64,000 bases of DNA from Bigelowiella natans CCMP2755. Lineage: Eukaryota > Protista > Cercozoa. The notes under the pieces are model-generated. The model was given only the letters and a program-made list of their open reading frames with translations. It was not told the DNA's origin and did not search any database. Shown here one piece after another: positions 51,001 to 63,522 of this stretch (position 1 is its first letter; each line of letters opens with the position of its first letter). Both the position numbers and the translations under genes were made by a program. The DNA lies in NCBI GenBank assembly GCA_000320545.1, contig ADNK01003252.1:11498-75497 (forward strand), read 5' to 3'.

Positions 51001-54000
51001 AATGCAGTCTCTTCTGCCTTCGTTCATCGTGAATTTGAGAGGAGGCGAACTGAGCCGGAAACAGCAATGTGCTTGTGCAGACAGTGCAGAGCAGTGGGAG
51101 GATCAGTCATGAGCAGGCGCAATCAAAGACGCCACGAGAAGAAATTCGGGTCGGACTTGGAGATCAGTTTCAAATCAATCTGTGCATCCAATCACGGTGG
51201 GAGCGGGTCAGAAGGTGATGAAAGCATCACCAGCAACAATGACGACGATGGACTTGATTGCCCCGCCGCCTCATCCGAAGATGCCAAGTCTGTCTCTGTC
51301 GACGATGACCACGAACAATCGGATGACCACTGTGAAGTGTCCAGCGTGTCAAGTGGCGGAGAGGATGAGGTCGTCCACCGGGATGTGCAACAAGCAGATG
51401 ACCGACACTTGCTGCGAGCAAATCCAGCACAACAAGCAGGTGGTGGACAAGATCATGTGCGACTGGCAGAAATCTTGGACGTTGAGGAGGAGGATGACAC
51501 CGCACACGAAAGCCACGACAGCTTTTGGCGAAAGAACTTTGCAGCCATGCACGAGACGCCGGATGAAGAGACAGAGTTGATGCAATTGGTGGCAAATTGC
51601 AGGCGCAAGGCGGACACGAAGGAAGAGGTGTTCAATTTCCTCAAGAGCATGTGTGACGCAAGACTCACAAGGAAAGTTGCCCAGAATTTGCTGAAACAAT
51701 TTGACACCTTGCCAAAGAGCAAGGGAGAACGAGAAGTTTGCTCCAATTGGAAGCAGCTCAACAATCTCATCCAGTCTTCTGTCCCTGTGAATCAGCAAGT
51801 GGTGTTTGAACGTGTGCGTGTTTGCATCAAGGATTGCACCGCGTTCAGAGGACCCAACCTCCCAAGGAGAACGTGCCCTCACTGCAATTCCAAAAGGCAT
51901 TGTGTGTTCATTGCGCAATGAATTGTCACTGGCCCTGATGATGTTCACTTCTTGATGATTTTCACTGCGCAATGATGTTCACCTCTTGACAAATTCATTG
52001 CGCATTGACACTCACCTCTCAATGAATTCATTGCGCAATGACGTTCACCTCTCAATGAATTCATCACGTGATGATGTTCATCTCTTGGTGATTTTGAATT
52101 CCCAGCCAACACGTTGCAGTGTTTGATGTTTGGCTCTTGGATGCACGTCCTCCACCATCGGTGTCATGACGTCTGCTCCCTTGCGATGTTTCTGCTCATT
52201 TCCGCTTGTGGCATTCGTCAGAAGACCACACTCAGTCAAAGAGAACGTTGAAATTCTCACTTCTTGGTGTGCCAAGCGCGACCAACAACCAACCGTGTTG
52301 AAAGACATGCGCGACGGCCTTCTGTGTCGCAAGCGCTTTTCAGAATCGAAAGATGCACATTGCACTGATTCCAAGTTCAACATCGCCATCAGTCCAGCAG
52401 GAGACGGTGTCCAGAAATCGTCTCTGACAGACAAATCAGTGTTCCCGATTGCGGCTCGCGTTGAGTCAACAGACACCAGCGTCAAGATGGATGACAACCT
52501 GCAACGTGTGTGTGCAATGGCTCCCGGTGATTGTCGCAAACTTGATGTTCACCCAGCACACTTGTCGTCAGAGTTGAAAAAGCTGCGAAATGGCATTGTG
52601 GTCGACGTGGCAGGAATTGGCGAGCGCGTCGTCAAGGCATCCGTGGTGCTGCTTGGCGGTGATCTGAGGGCTTTGCAACCTTCAAGCGGCAAGCACCGCG
52701 ATCCAGCCCTTGCGCATGCCTGCCCAAATTGCGACATTCGAGGAGTGAGACATGGGTTGAGAAGAACAGTGTGCAAAGACGGAAAGCGAGAGGCAGGCAT
52801 GCACAAGGATGGAGACTCTCTGGGAAATGAGTTCAAAAGTGTTCCAGTGCTCGGCCACGGAATCCCTCACGTGGAGGAGACGTTGTCAATGTGCTTTGCT
52901 CACAACGTGAAGAATGGGTCAAGGAGAATGTTTGGCATGCACGGGAACGTGGGGAAAAGTGCAGAATTCACAGAGAAGTTGAGGTCTCTCGAACCTGACA
53001 GGTGAAAAAGTGCAAACGAACACCAATCAACCATGGCAATCACGATTTGTCCAAATCGTTGCAGATCGAATGATGCGATGTGATTGATTGCAACAAGTGC
53101 ACAGGTTCCCACTCAATCTCCCATGGCCACTGAACGAACAAGCAGTCAAAGTCCCAAAAGTCCGGATTCTGTGCGCGACATGGACACACAATCCCAAGTC
53201 TTCATTCCAGAACAAGCACGGGGTCAGCGTTTCGAAGCAGAAGGAAAAAGAATTGCATCCTGGAATGACTGATTCAAGACAGGGAAGACGTGTGATTGAC
53301 CATGTGCGCATGGCGCGTTCAGGGCCATGCGAATTGGCTGTCGATGCAACAGTGCCAAGACGACACGCAAGAGTGACCAACAGGCTGCCACGTTGCATCA
53401 GCAGATGTTTGGAAGACTCCTTCCGCGTGTCAGAGCTTGATGCACTGAAAAGAGGAATGAGAAATGCAGTTCTCGAGTTCGAGGCGACCCACCCCAGCCA
53501 CCTGGCAACAATCACAACTCATGTGTTCATTCACATGCCCGAGCACGTGGTGAAACGGGGCCCTGCAAAAGGTTCTTGGGCTGTGTGGTCAGAACGCATG
53601 GTGCGCAGTGCAAGAAACGCTTCTGCCGTTGAACAAAGGTCGACATCAGCATTGAGCAACGGGCATGCGAGATGGAGGCAGTTGAAGATCATCATTTTGC
53701 AATGATTGAAAAGCACCACGCAAGGGTCATTGTGCAATCATTTTTGTGTCATTTCGTGATGAAAAAACAACATGCATTGATTTGGAAAGCATCAATGCGC
53801 AATGATTTGAATTCATTTTTCATTGATCATCATTGTCCATTGATTTTGTGTCAACACGCAATGAAACATCAACGTGAAATGATTTGGCCAAAATCCACAC
53901 GTGATGATTCTGAATCATCACGTGACAATCATCAATGAGCAATGATTTGGAATCTTTGCGTGATGAATTTTTTCATTGCATGATGTTTTGTTGTGATCAA

Positions 54001-54680
54001 TGTGCAATGATTCCAATTCATCAATGATGACATTCATCATGTGATGATGTGATCGTTGCATGATGATGAAATGATGACATCAAAATCATCACATGATGAT
54101 GAATGTCATTGCATGATGAAAAAATCATCATTCAATGATTGTGAGCCATCATTGCGTGTTGATTTTTGGACCACAGTGAACTCCTACAGCTCTGAAACGA
54201 TCAAAAGCCTGCAATTCACCTGGAAAAAAGCGAAGCAAAAGAACAAAACGAACACGAGAGATGTGCACATGAATGCTTGCTGGACACTTTGCCTTCCTTG
54301 GATGCAGGTTGTCAGTTGGGTGTGTTGCAGAATTGAACAATCGCATCGTGTTTGTCACAGATCAATGTCTGATGTTGTTCATCATGCATTGATTGCAAAA
54401 GAATGATCAATTTTTCATCGTGCAATGATCATGAATGTCATCATGCATCGAACATCATTGTGCAATCATTTCCAATTGCTGTCATCATTCATTGATTGTC
54501 ACAACATGATGGCTTGCAATGATCATCATTTCACAATGATCATCATCATGCATTCATTGCTCAATGAAAATCATTCTGTGTTGATTGTCATTGCATGTTG
54601 ATCATGCAATGAGTTTCATCACATGATCATTGCATGATGCAAAATCATCATTGGCGATGTCCGCAGCAAATCATTGCGTG
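47836..54680. mobile_element. CACTA/EnSpm-like DNA transposon complex: transposase in inverted duplication plus AT-rich repeats
   Basis: The + arm (50657-53680) has VCIKDCTAF..CPHC, DMRDG, GDGVQ, GGDLRAL..ACPNC and HVFIHMPEH..GP...W..WSER (EnSpm TnpD-like). The - arm (48080-50285) is an internally deleted inverted copy. No CACTA termini identified. Confidence 0.7.
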
Positions 54681-55529
54681 ATGATTCGCGGACCAGCGTG
54701 AGTGCAGGTGCATGTCATCATCTCACCCTAGCACCATGCAGTCTAGATGTGCATCATTGGCTTGCTAGCTACAAGTGCACAAGACAAGCTGCAAGGTCAA
54801 TTCACACATGGCACGTGTCAACACAAGTGATCGCAGCAAAGCAGGTTGTGACTGTCTAGCTCTGGAGCTGTGGCTACATGCATGCTGGACGTGCCCATTG
54901 AAATGTGATGAGCTGCTGCTGTTAGCTACTGATGAAATGGTGCAACACAGCATTGGAAATGGCATGCCTGCTAGCCAAGCCTGGCTACTGGGCACACGTA
55001 ACTAGTAACACACATCTACTACATCTAGACATGACCAAAATTGAGCATTCATGACTACATGACATGCACACAGCCGGTCATGAGAGCTACCCAGACTAGC
55101 AGGCACACATGTGAACTAGTATTGCATGATTGTTGAGGAGAACATCGAATAATTATTCGCGTGTCTCAAAAAATCGGCATTTGTTACAAGTACACGGCTG
55201 AGGGGGGCCCCACTATCAGATAGCTCGGCAAAATAGAATGTGACATGAATCAAGTTTATTGGCAACGGGCGGGACGGGCACATCCGACATGCAGTCTGAT
55301 GATTCTCGTCTCTTCTCAAGCGATCTGCTGTTTGTTGAAATCATTCATAGTACATTACTCAATATCTGATGCCCGTCGCATGTCACTGTAACTCGCTAGC
55401 TCGCCACAACGAATGAGCTCGGGATTTGTTTCAGCTTGTAAATTGATTGGACCATTGTCAATTTTCCATGATGCTGGTCCACATGCTAAATAGACAAACC
55501 ATTCAATGCTGTAAGAACATTAATCCGCT

Positions 55530-57093
55530 ACTATGATCCTATGAGAAAATAAACAGTCAACGTGACAACTTTACCATCGAAGAAATCACTTTCACGTCCA
55601 TTTGGTTGCAAGTTTGGAAATTTAACATCCCGTCCACAAGCTTTATTCGACTCCCCGGGTGAATCGGAGATCGCAGATACAAATAATGGATTTGGATTTG
55701 CTGATTTATGATTTTGGGAAGCTATAAAATGTGATTCGAAGATTGAGTTCGACACATGTTGACAGAAACCTCCCATCTGTGTCTCATCCTGTCAGTGTAA
55801 TATCAATACTTCATGATCTTATGACAAATATAGTACTCAATTGTTTTACGTAAGTTTTGAAAAGTGAGATTCCAGCCTTAATATTCGTGTTGAGATAGTA
55901 CTCTCCATAGCGCGTTTCCTTACCAGTGACGGTAATCTGATTATGCAAGGAGGTTATCGAATATTTGCATAAAACTTAAAGGAAGAACACTCACCGCTCC
56001 ATGGTATTTATCCGAACACTTACACGAGATCCTATTTCCTGAAATTTCGCAATTTTGAAAATCCCCAAAATCTCCTTCACCGAGAGTCGATCCATCACCC
56101 AATGTGCTGAAATAGGATCGAGCCTATCAAAGTATACATTTAAGGTCGATGGTTGCAATTCAAAATAAATAAAGGTCCAATATGATCGACGGGACACCTT
56201 TAGAAAAGATGACGTCCCTTTCTGTACAATAAGTAGTGTCTGATTACAGGTGAAAGATACAGATTGCATCCAAGAAGCATTTTCGTTGTGCTCAGATTTG
56301 CCGAAGCAGGCGGTAATTTTGTTTTCATGGGATTCTTCATTCCTGATAATAATTTATATGAGATGTTCGAAGAATGCACATTTAAACTTTCGAGACCATT
56401 TGGTCAAAATGTGCTCCCCAACACCTGCATATTTGTACTTCATATTCCTAAAATTCGAATAAAGAAATTTCTTTTTTTCAGTTCGGAGCTATTCCGAATT
56501 TTAGTATCTTTGGATTCTTAATTAAGATGCACCCGAATGTTGTGACATGTGGATCCTCTCCAATGGAACATTGTGGGGACTCAAAGTTGCAGGTGAGATC
56601 GTCAAGAGCCCAAGGGCTTACAGATGTATTAAAGGAATCTTTAATTTCAAGTGTTTGGATGCATTCTCCTTGGAATTGGAAAATTTCGTTGAAGATTCCA
56701 TCTTTCTCAGGAGGTGGTATTAACTCTCCTACCACATTACCGTTTCCCCCCCTCGCAATTAACGTCGAAATACCCGGCCCAGAGAAAAATGTAAATGAAA
56801 GGGTTCTGCAGCAAATATCGTTCTTCACGCTTGCAGTGAGTTTGTTTCCTCCGACCCTTCCCAATGAATTTGGGGGGCTCGGAGGTAGAATGACTGGGGT
56901 TGCTGCAAATGCCCCAATGCTAAAGTCAAAGAATGGAGAGTTTGGGGGAATATTGTTCAAATTATTCGCTGGAATATCATCAAAGTTCTCAACAAATTTT
57001 TCAATTAAGAAATTTTCCCCTGTCGTGTAAGAGGACTCCTGGATAGATGCGAACAAATATGACAAGATGCATAGCGAAAAATAAAACCCGCAT
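55530..57093 (-). CDS. Putative secreted protein with a VWD-like domain (multi-exon)
   Basis: ORF 56478-57065 ends CSIGEDPHVTTFG (GDPH-type motif). Later exons read KYKYAGVGEHIL and MGGFC. A signal-like start at ATG 57093 needs a 1-nt frameshift; 3' end uncertain. Confidence 0.45.
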
Positions 57094-57106
57094 CGAATAT
57101 TTTAGT

Positions 57107-57148
<42 letters not shown>

Positions 57149-57882
57149 CGTGCGTGTGAAAATTAAAACACATTAGCGATTGCAGGTTATTAGAATAGGT
57201 GTTAGCTTGCTTATAGTACCATTTTGTTCTTTAACCTGTGATCTTTATCTTCGGATATATGATCCCACTTGTACGTAATGGAATTCATGTCAGGTTGCGT
57301 GCACCAGATTGTAGAGCAGTTACTAGGCAAAGGAGAAGGTTTGTCGATGCTCTGAGGGTATTTACACAAAACATACAGTATGCGCAATCATAATTAAAGC
57401 ATTAATAGAATTGAGTGAAACCCAAATTGGATTATAAACCTTGTGATTGAGACTGTAACCGTCCTTCACCCACCGGCCAAAGGTGATGTCCATCCAAATG
57501 CAGCAAGAAAGAAGAAAGGATGTTGCCCGAGCTTGCATGTTAGGTCTTGAGATTGAGAACAATCACCTCGAAATAGCTTACTGCATTTCGTTAATAAAGG
57601 GGTGATTTTACTCTGCGACAACATTGACAAGCTACATTCCATCCAACCCAACATGTTCAAAGTTCAAAGGGGATATCGAGGCTGCGGCAACATGAAATAC
57701 TTAAGATCACAGCTTTGAATGTTTACTGCACAACCCCAAGAAATGGCAAATACAATTGTTTTTACTCCTGCGACATGCTACTCCAATCGGACTTGAAAGA
57801 AATTCCAACTAGAGGTGGATGTGTGATGTGATTACATCGGTCAGATACCAAACGAATCTTGTTCTAAATGCAGAACTATCTC

Positions 57883-58247
57883 ATGAGTAAGTACATGTAG
57901 TAGTGAGAGAAAGCTTGCATCATTTTCCAATCCACCTGCTAATCATCTCGATGTGAGTAAGAGAAAGCTTGCATCATTTTCCAATCCAGCTGCTAATCAT
58001 CTCGATATGAATGAGAGAAAGCTTGCATCATTTTCTAATCCAGCTGCTAATCATCTCGATATGAATTCGCTTGATGAAAAGAATTCTGTTGCTACAACGT
58101 CGAATCCCGAAAAGAAGAGAAATGAGAAGAACCTCATGATTAGAGGCGATACTGACGATACCAAAGTGTCTACCGTGAACATAGAAACCAGAGATGAAAC
58201 GTCCAATGTTGATGATGTGACACACATTCCCCAAGGTTTGTATTCCC

Positions 58248-58282
<35 letters not shown>

Positions 58283-59193
58283 AATTTTGCATGAATTGTA
58301 ATGTCCACATGAAAAATAATATATCTTCGTTCGAACTTAAACAGAGACACATATTGACGTGCATATTTAAATTAGCTCCCAGACATCCGTGCGGAGATAT
58401 AAGAAAAAGTGACTACAATAAAGCGCTACTCCATACGAAGGAAACTTCTCCTTTGGATTCTGCGGTTATAAGCATTTTTGTGCACGGAAGAAGAGAAATA
58501 GAACTCTTGAGATGCTGATTTCATATATTTTTGACTCAGAATGACGAAGTATGTGCGATTTATATTTGCCATTCACTCAACGACACATCTAGTGCTTCTA
58601 TAGGAACATATGATACCTGGTTTAGGGACTCAAAAGAGTATCGACGTAGAATATTTCCTCCTGATTTTTCAAGGAAGTTTAGATTCCTAGCACCTGAATT
58701 CCAAGAGGTACCAAAAGCGCTTCAGAAGTACAATATGGACTTGAAGACTTGGAATGATGCGCTGGTAGCTGTCTTTAGGTTACAGGTATCTACAACTGTG
58801 ACAATGAAAAAATAACTAAGTCATTTTCGATCTTTCAATTTTCCATAGTCTGATACCGTTCTCAAAGCAAGAAAACTCAAGAAAATTTGGGGGAAAAACC
58901 CACATCGAATTGCTTCTGAACAGCTAAGCACAACAATAAAGTATGCATGGAATGGGTCTTTGAAAATTCGTACGCTCAGGAATTGTTCTCTATGGTGTGA
59001 TAAATGTGCCTCAAACTGTGTGACCTTTTATTTACTATACGGGATAATGTTCATGGTTGAGCTTCTGATAGCCTTCCTAACGCTTCCTATCGTGGGTGTT
59101 GCCGCTTTATACGACTGGTTCTTCAATGATCCCAGTCGGAAAACAAAGTAACGACCATTTAGTCCCGGGAGCGTCCCAACTTTAAATACACAC

Positions 59194-59236
<43 letters not shown>

Positions 59237-60060
59237 TATATATTTATATAAATATATTATAATTTCTTAAATCCATCGCAGATTCAAAAAATGGGAAATG
59301 AAAACCAAGGGAGAAAGAACCACCCTATCGCTAGATGCTCGGCATAGGTAAATGTAAAAAAATTTAGATGGCCCAATAACCAATAATCTAAGTATCTTCG
59401 ATCTTTGACAGTCAAATTGAGTCCGGAATGCGAGCTCTAGCGAAGAATCTTCACCGAAAGATGGAAACGAAGCGCCTTCTGATTTGTTATAAGGCTGGGA
59501 CAAAGACCAAGTATAGAAAAGAAACAGTGGTAGCCTATTATATATATTCCTTTTTCCGTGAGTCTCAGTTTAGTCTTCTCCATCTTTTCTCCAGGATGAT
59601 AACTTATCGTTGGTGCATAATATCATCGATACCCATTTTATGATAATATTTTCGACGAGGAAAAAAAGGGTAGCAGCCATCAGTATACCGCGAAATAGGT
59701 TAATAGGTTTTATGAACTTGACTCAACTTTTCGCATCATCAGGGAAGGAGTGGGCTATCATCTTCATTTTCGTTATCATCTCCAGTTACACGCCAAGAAT
59801 CTTTGTCGCGTACTACATCAACTTCAAGGGGAGGCCTGCTTGATAACGACACAAAGTATGACTCTGATAGCCCAGATAGTAAGAACCGAAGTAAGAACAA
59901 CAATGGATGTGAAATCGGAACCTCCATCCGTGACGTCCGTGACCATTCACCAAGACATTCACCCAAGCCTTCTCAGGCCCTTTCCCCATCTTCCTTTCGT
60001 CCTAAAAGGAAAAAACTTAGTGCTCTTCATGCAATGAAAAATGTTGGCAATGAACCTTGA
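57883..60060 (+). CDS. Multi-exon gene of unknown function with N-terminal 18-aa repeats and a probable TM segment
   Basis: Exon-like open stretches at 57953-58234, ~58600-58785, ~58850-59147 (hydrophobic LLYGIMFMVELLIAFLTLPIVGVAALY), ~59412-59530 and ~59742-60060, mostly with GT/AG borders. Model tentative. Confidence 0.4.
57907..58066 (+). repeat. 3 x 54-bp tandem repeat (RKLASFSNPAANHLDMNE)
   Basis: gagaaagcttgcatcatttt starts at 57907, 57961 and 58015. Confidence 0.92.
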
Positions 60061-60149
60061 TGAACTTAGCCGCTACGATACTTCCATGAAAACTTGCTGC
60101 ATGGATTTAACGTGCCATTGCCTAGGTTGTGTTGTGTGCAATACCCGCA

Positions 60150-62130
60150 TCACAAAGCGAGCTCAAAATCTGACGTGTCACAGCAACACCGCATCACAGT
60201 GTGCAACACGTGCATGTCACATGCCAGCATGTGACACGTCACAAAAGAAATGTGCACGCATTTCATGAAACACACCTGGAATGTGTGGCCTTGGAGACAG
60301 CCATCTTCCCTGCCACAATTTTTGACTACACACGAAACATTTTGATCCAGTTTTTTTTGAAAAGATGATTTCTTCTCCCCCCCCTAGCTAGCTAGCTCCC
60401 CTCTCACCTTTTCTCTCCCGCGCTAGCTAGCCCTCTGGCATTGCCAGATTGCAAACGTGGTGCGCGTGTTGCTAGATTGCATGAAATGCGGTGTTGCAAA
60501 AGCAAATCACTCACGCATTTCATGAAACATGCCAGCATGCTTGAAATGTCCAGATGTGCCAAATCCACTTGGGCGATTTTGAGGGATTGACGTGTTGCAC
60601 GCATTGCACAGTGAGTTTGAATCTGACGTGTCACAACGCTAGAACGTGACAGCTTGCGTTCTCACGCACAAAGCTGAAAAGCGCTGGAGCGCATTTGACA
60701 CGCACACGCATTGCACAACCCAGGCCATTGCTGAATTGGCGTGGTGTCCAGAGCACTTGCATCTCACTGCTGAAACTAAATGCATGCTGGCATGTGCACG
60801 CTGGCATGGGTGGTCCACATCTGGACATGCCCATTGTGGCCCCCATCTAGCCATGCTCTCTAGCTCTGGGTTTGTTTGGTGAATGATGCCCGATCTTGTG
60901 CAATGAGATCTGCACCTAGACATGCGTGCGTGGCACGTGCAGCATGCCACAGCCGTCCATCTCTTGACTTGTCTAGCTGTGATTGCTTTGGCAGGATGCC
61001 GAGCTAGCGAGTGCATGCATGCAAGTGCACACGTGTCGCCCTTGCCTTGCACGTGTTTGGTTGGTGCACGTGGAGTTGTGAATGACACACGTGCACTTGA
61101 AAAACACGGCAAAGGCTAGAAGGTGTTGTGTGCAAGCTGTCAAGGCAAGCTAGCAAGAGACCAACCATGTGCAAGTTTTCACGTGTCTCTTGCATTGTGC
61201 CCAGGTGCGCGCATTGTTTCTGTGCTCGCTTGGTCACTTTGATCACCAGGTTGCTCCAGCATTGCCATCAGCATTGCTCAGATTGTTTGATTGTCAATTT
61301 GCAATGTCCAAATGTGCACAAAACTGGAAAAGCCCATGCATCGATTCTGTTGCATTTGCATTGACATTGTCTCTGCACAGCATTGGCCTAGCTGGCTAGC
61401 ATGTGATGTGCATGCCAGCATTGGCTGCCACATGCACCATCTACTAGTCTAGCCATGCTTGCATGTGCTGACATGCAAATTGAAATGAAACAGCATCAGC
61501 CCATCTTTGGCTTGCTAGCTTGTCTAGTTGTCTCTAGTTGTGCTGATGCACGCTAGCACGACGCAAAGTGTTCTTTTCCAGGGTTAGTCATTGGATTTCA
61601 CATTGCACATGCTAGCATGCATGAACGGCACAATGCTGAGACCGCTCCAGCGCTAGCTAGACTAGCTAGCCACAGACTGCGCTAGCACGGTAGCAGATGC
61701 AACTAGCTAGCAAGACAATGATGCACGTCAATTGGCACGCATCGCAGCAACTGTGCACGCACTGTCTAGCCGTGCATGACACATGCAATGCAACGTGTTC
61801 ATGTCCATGGCAACTTGCTCATCTAGTGCTTGACGAGACGCATGTTCTAGATGTTGATGCCACATGCTGCTGGCACACGTCCAACAAACGTTTTGCAACA
61901 TCCTCAAGCCAATGTGCAAGCTCTGAACAGTGAAGCTCATTTGTGCTTCATCGATTGCAACGTGTGATCTTCTGAAGATTCTACGTCTACTAGACATGGA
62001 CATGCTGGCATAGCATGGCTAGCAGATGGTCTTGTGACAAACAGATCAAAATGCATGGCTCCCATCAGTCACAAAGTGCAAAACGCAACACGATGCGCAT
62101 TCATGCCTTGCTCTAACATGGGCTGAATCT
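60150..62130. other. TpA-depleted, CTAG-rich repeat domain 4
   Basis: Dozens of CTAG/GCTAGC but almost no other TA; excess of TGCA/CATG/CACG. Confidence 0.85.
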
Positions 62131-62379
62131 AGTGAATGTGATAAACACTGTTCACCAGAACAAGAAGGCAATGCCGACGCATGCAAGATCAAGTGAGTAC
62201 GCAACGCACTCAGCTAACACCAGAACAATGAAGTCCCGGCGGTGTTTCGGCTGCAGCGCGCGTCGCAGCGCAAATACCGTCATATTGTCACAATGTAAGG
62301 CTTCTTCGCTGCTCAGTACATTAGATGCATTGACCGTTTGCAGTGCTTGTTAAAAACTGATGTACCAATAATACCTCCA

Positions 62380-63298
62380 CGTGCTCTAATGTATAGTTTT
62401 ACTGTTATTTCTGCTTTTCCCTTAGCGTCCACATACTATCCATTAAGATTTCCCTTCTTAGCTTATGACAACCCTTACGAATGGTTTGATGTATTAACCT
62501 CCTCCAAAAAGTTTAATTTTGGAAATTTTGGAACATCGTCATCTCCTTTTAGGAACCTACAATCAACAACCAGATTCGTGATATGCACATTTGTATTCGT
62601 TGCATGGGCAATAGATACACATGCCTATTATAACAGCATTGGCAGCACTGATGATTCAGAGAAAAACTGCATTCTTGTTTTGTTCTTGAAAGTCGATATC
62701 ATTCTCTCATAGATGTTTTATGCAAATGATAAATGAGTCGTACATATCTACCTGTTGAAATCTTACATTACATATAAATATATATAATATATTAATATAT
62801 TTTATATTTAATGTTTATCATCTTTGCTATCATCATTGGCTCAAGTTTGCATGAATTGTTCAAACTTTATTCTCCTGATCATCGTTCATACCGCACGTCA
62901 TTTCGTGCACCCTGATAATATCATTTTGTCCTATTTTTTACTTTATAAAATCGACGAGCCTTCTTTGCAACAACGCCAATCGAGGAACAGATCTTGGCTA
63001 ATTTATCGATAAATCAACAAATTATGATTGATCATAACCACCACCACCACCACCATCATCATGCTCTCACCATCATCATCATCATTATCAATAATAAGTC
63101 CAAGAGGCATCTACTGTAATGAAAGGAGCTACGACTAGACTTTTCTTCTTATCTACTGCTACTATTTCCCAATTATCATAGGTTCTACTACTACTACTGG
63201 TAGTGGCTCTGCTATATTCGCAGCACCACCAGCAGCAGCAGTAGCAGCAAAAAGAGTATTAACGCACATAGATTATACAAATATGCACTACTAGTATA

Positions 63299-63331
<33 letters not shown>

Positions 63332-63479
63332 ATTTTTCGATGCAATGATAAGATGATCTGAAAGCTGTTTGAACATAGCGCGAAATTTCTCATCCTCTCT
63401 GAGTTTCTAAGTAGTAAGTGCTAGGTAAGACCAAATATGTTTCTCTCCCCTCCCCCCCTCTCTCTCATTGAGTATGTGT

Positions 63480-63522
<43 letters not shown>

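Larger units (their letters stand above)
44050..55000. other. TpA-depleted repeat domain 3
   Basis: Virtually no TA from ~44230 to ~54700; CTAG/CTAC reappear at both edges. Confidence 0.92.

Noticed and set aside
10200-55000. CpG methylation decay as the cause of the TG/CA excess and swaps
   Set aside because: CG is plentiful in the repeats while TA is what is missing; the affected residues are conserved Tyr, Ile and Leu, and the tRNA-complementary PBS requires TA.
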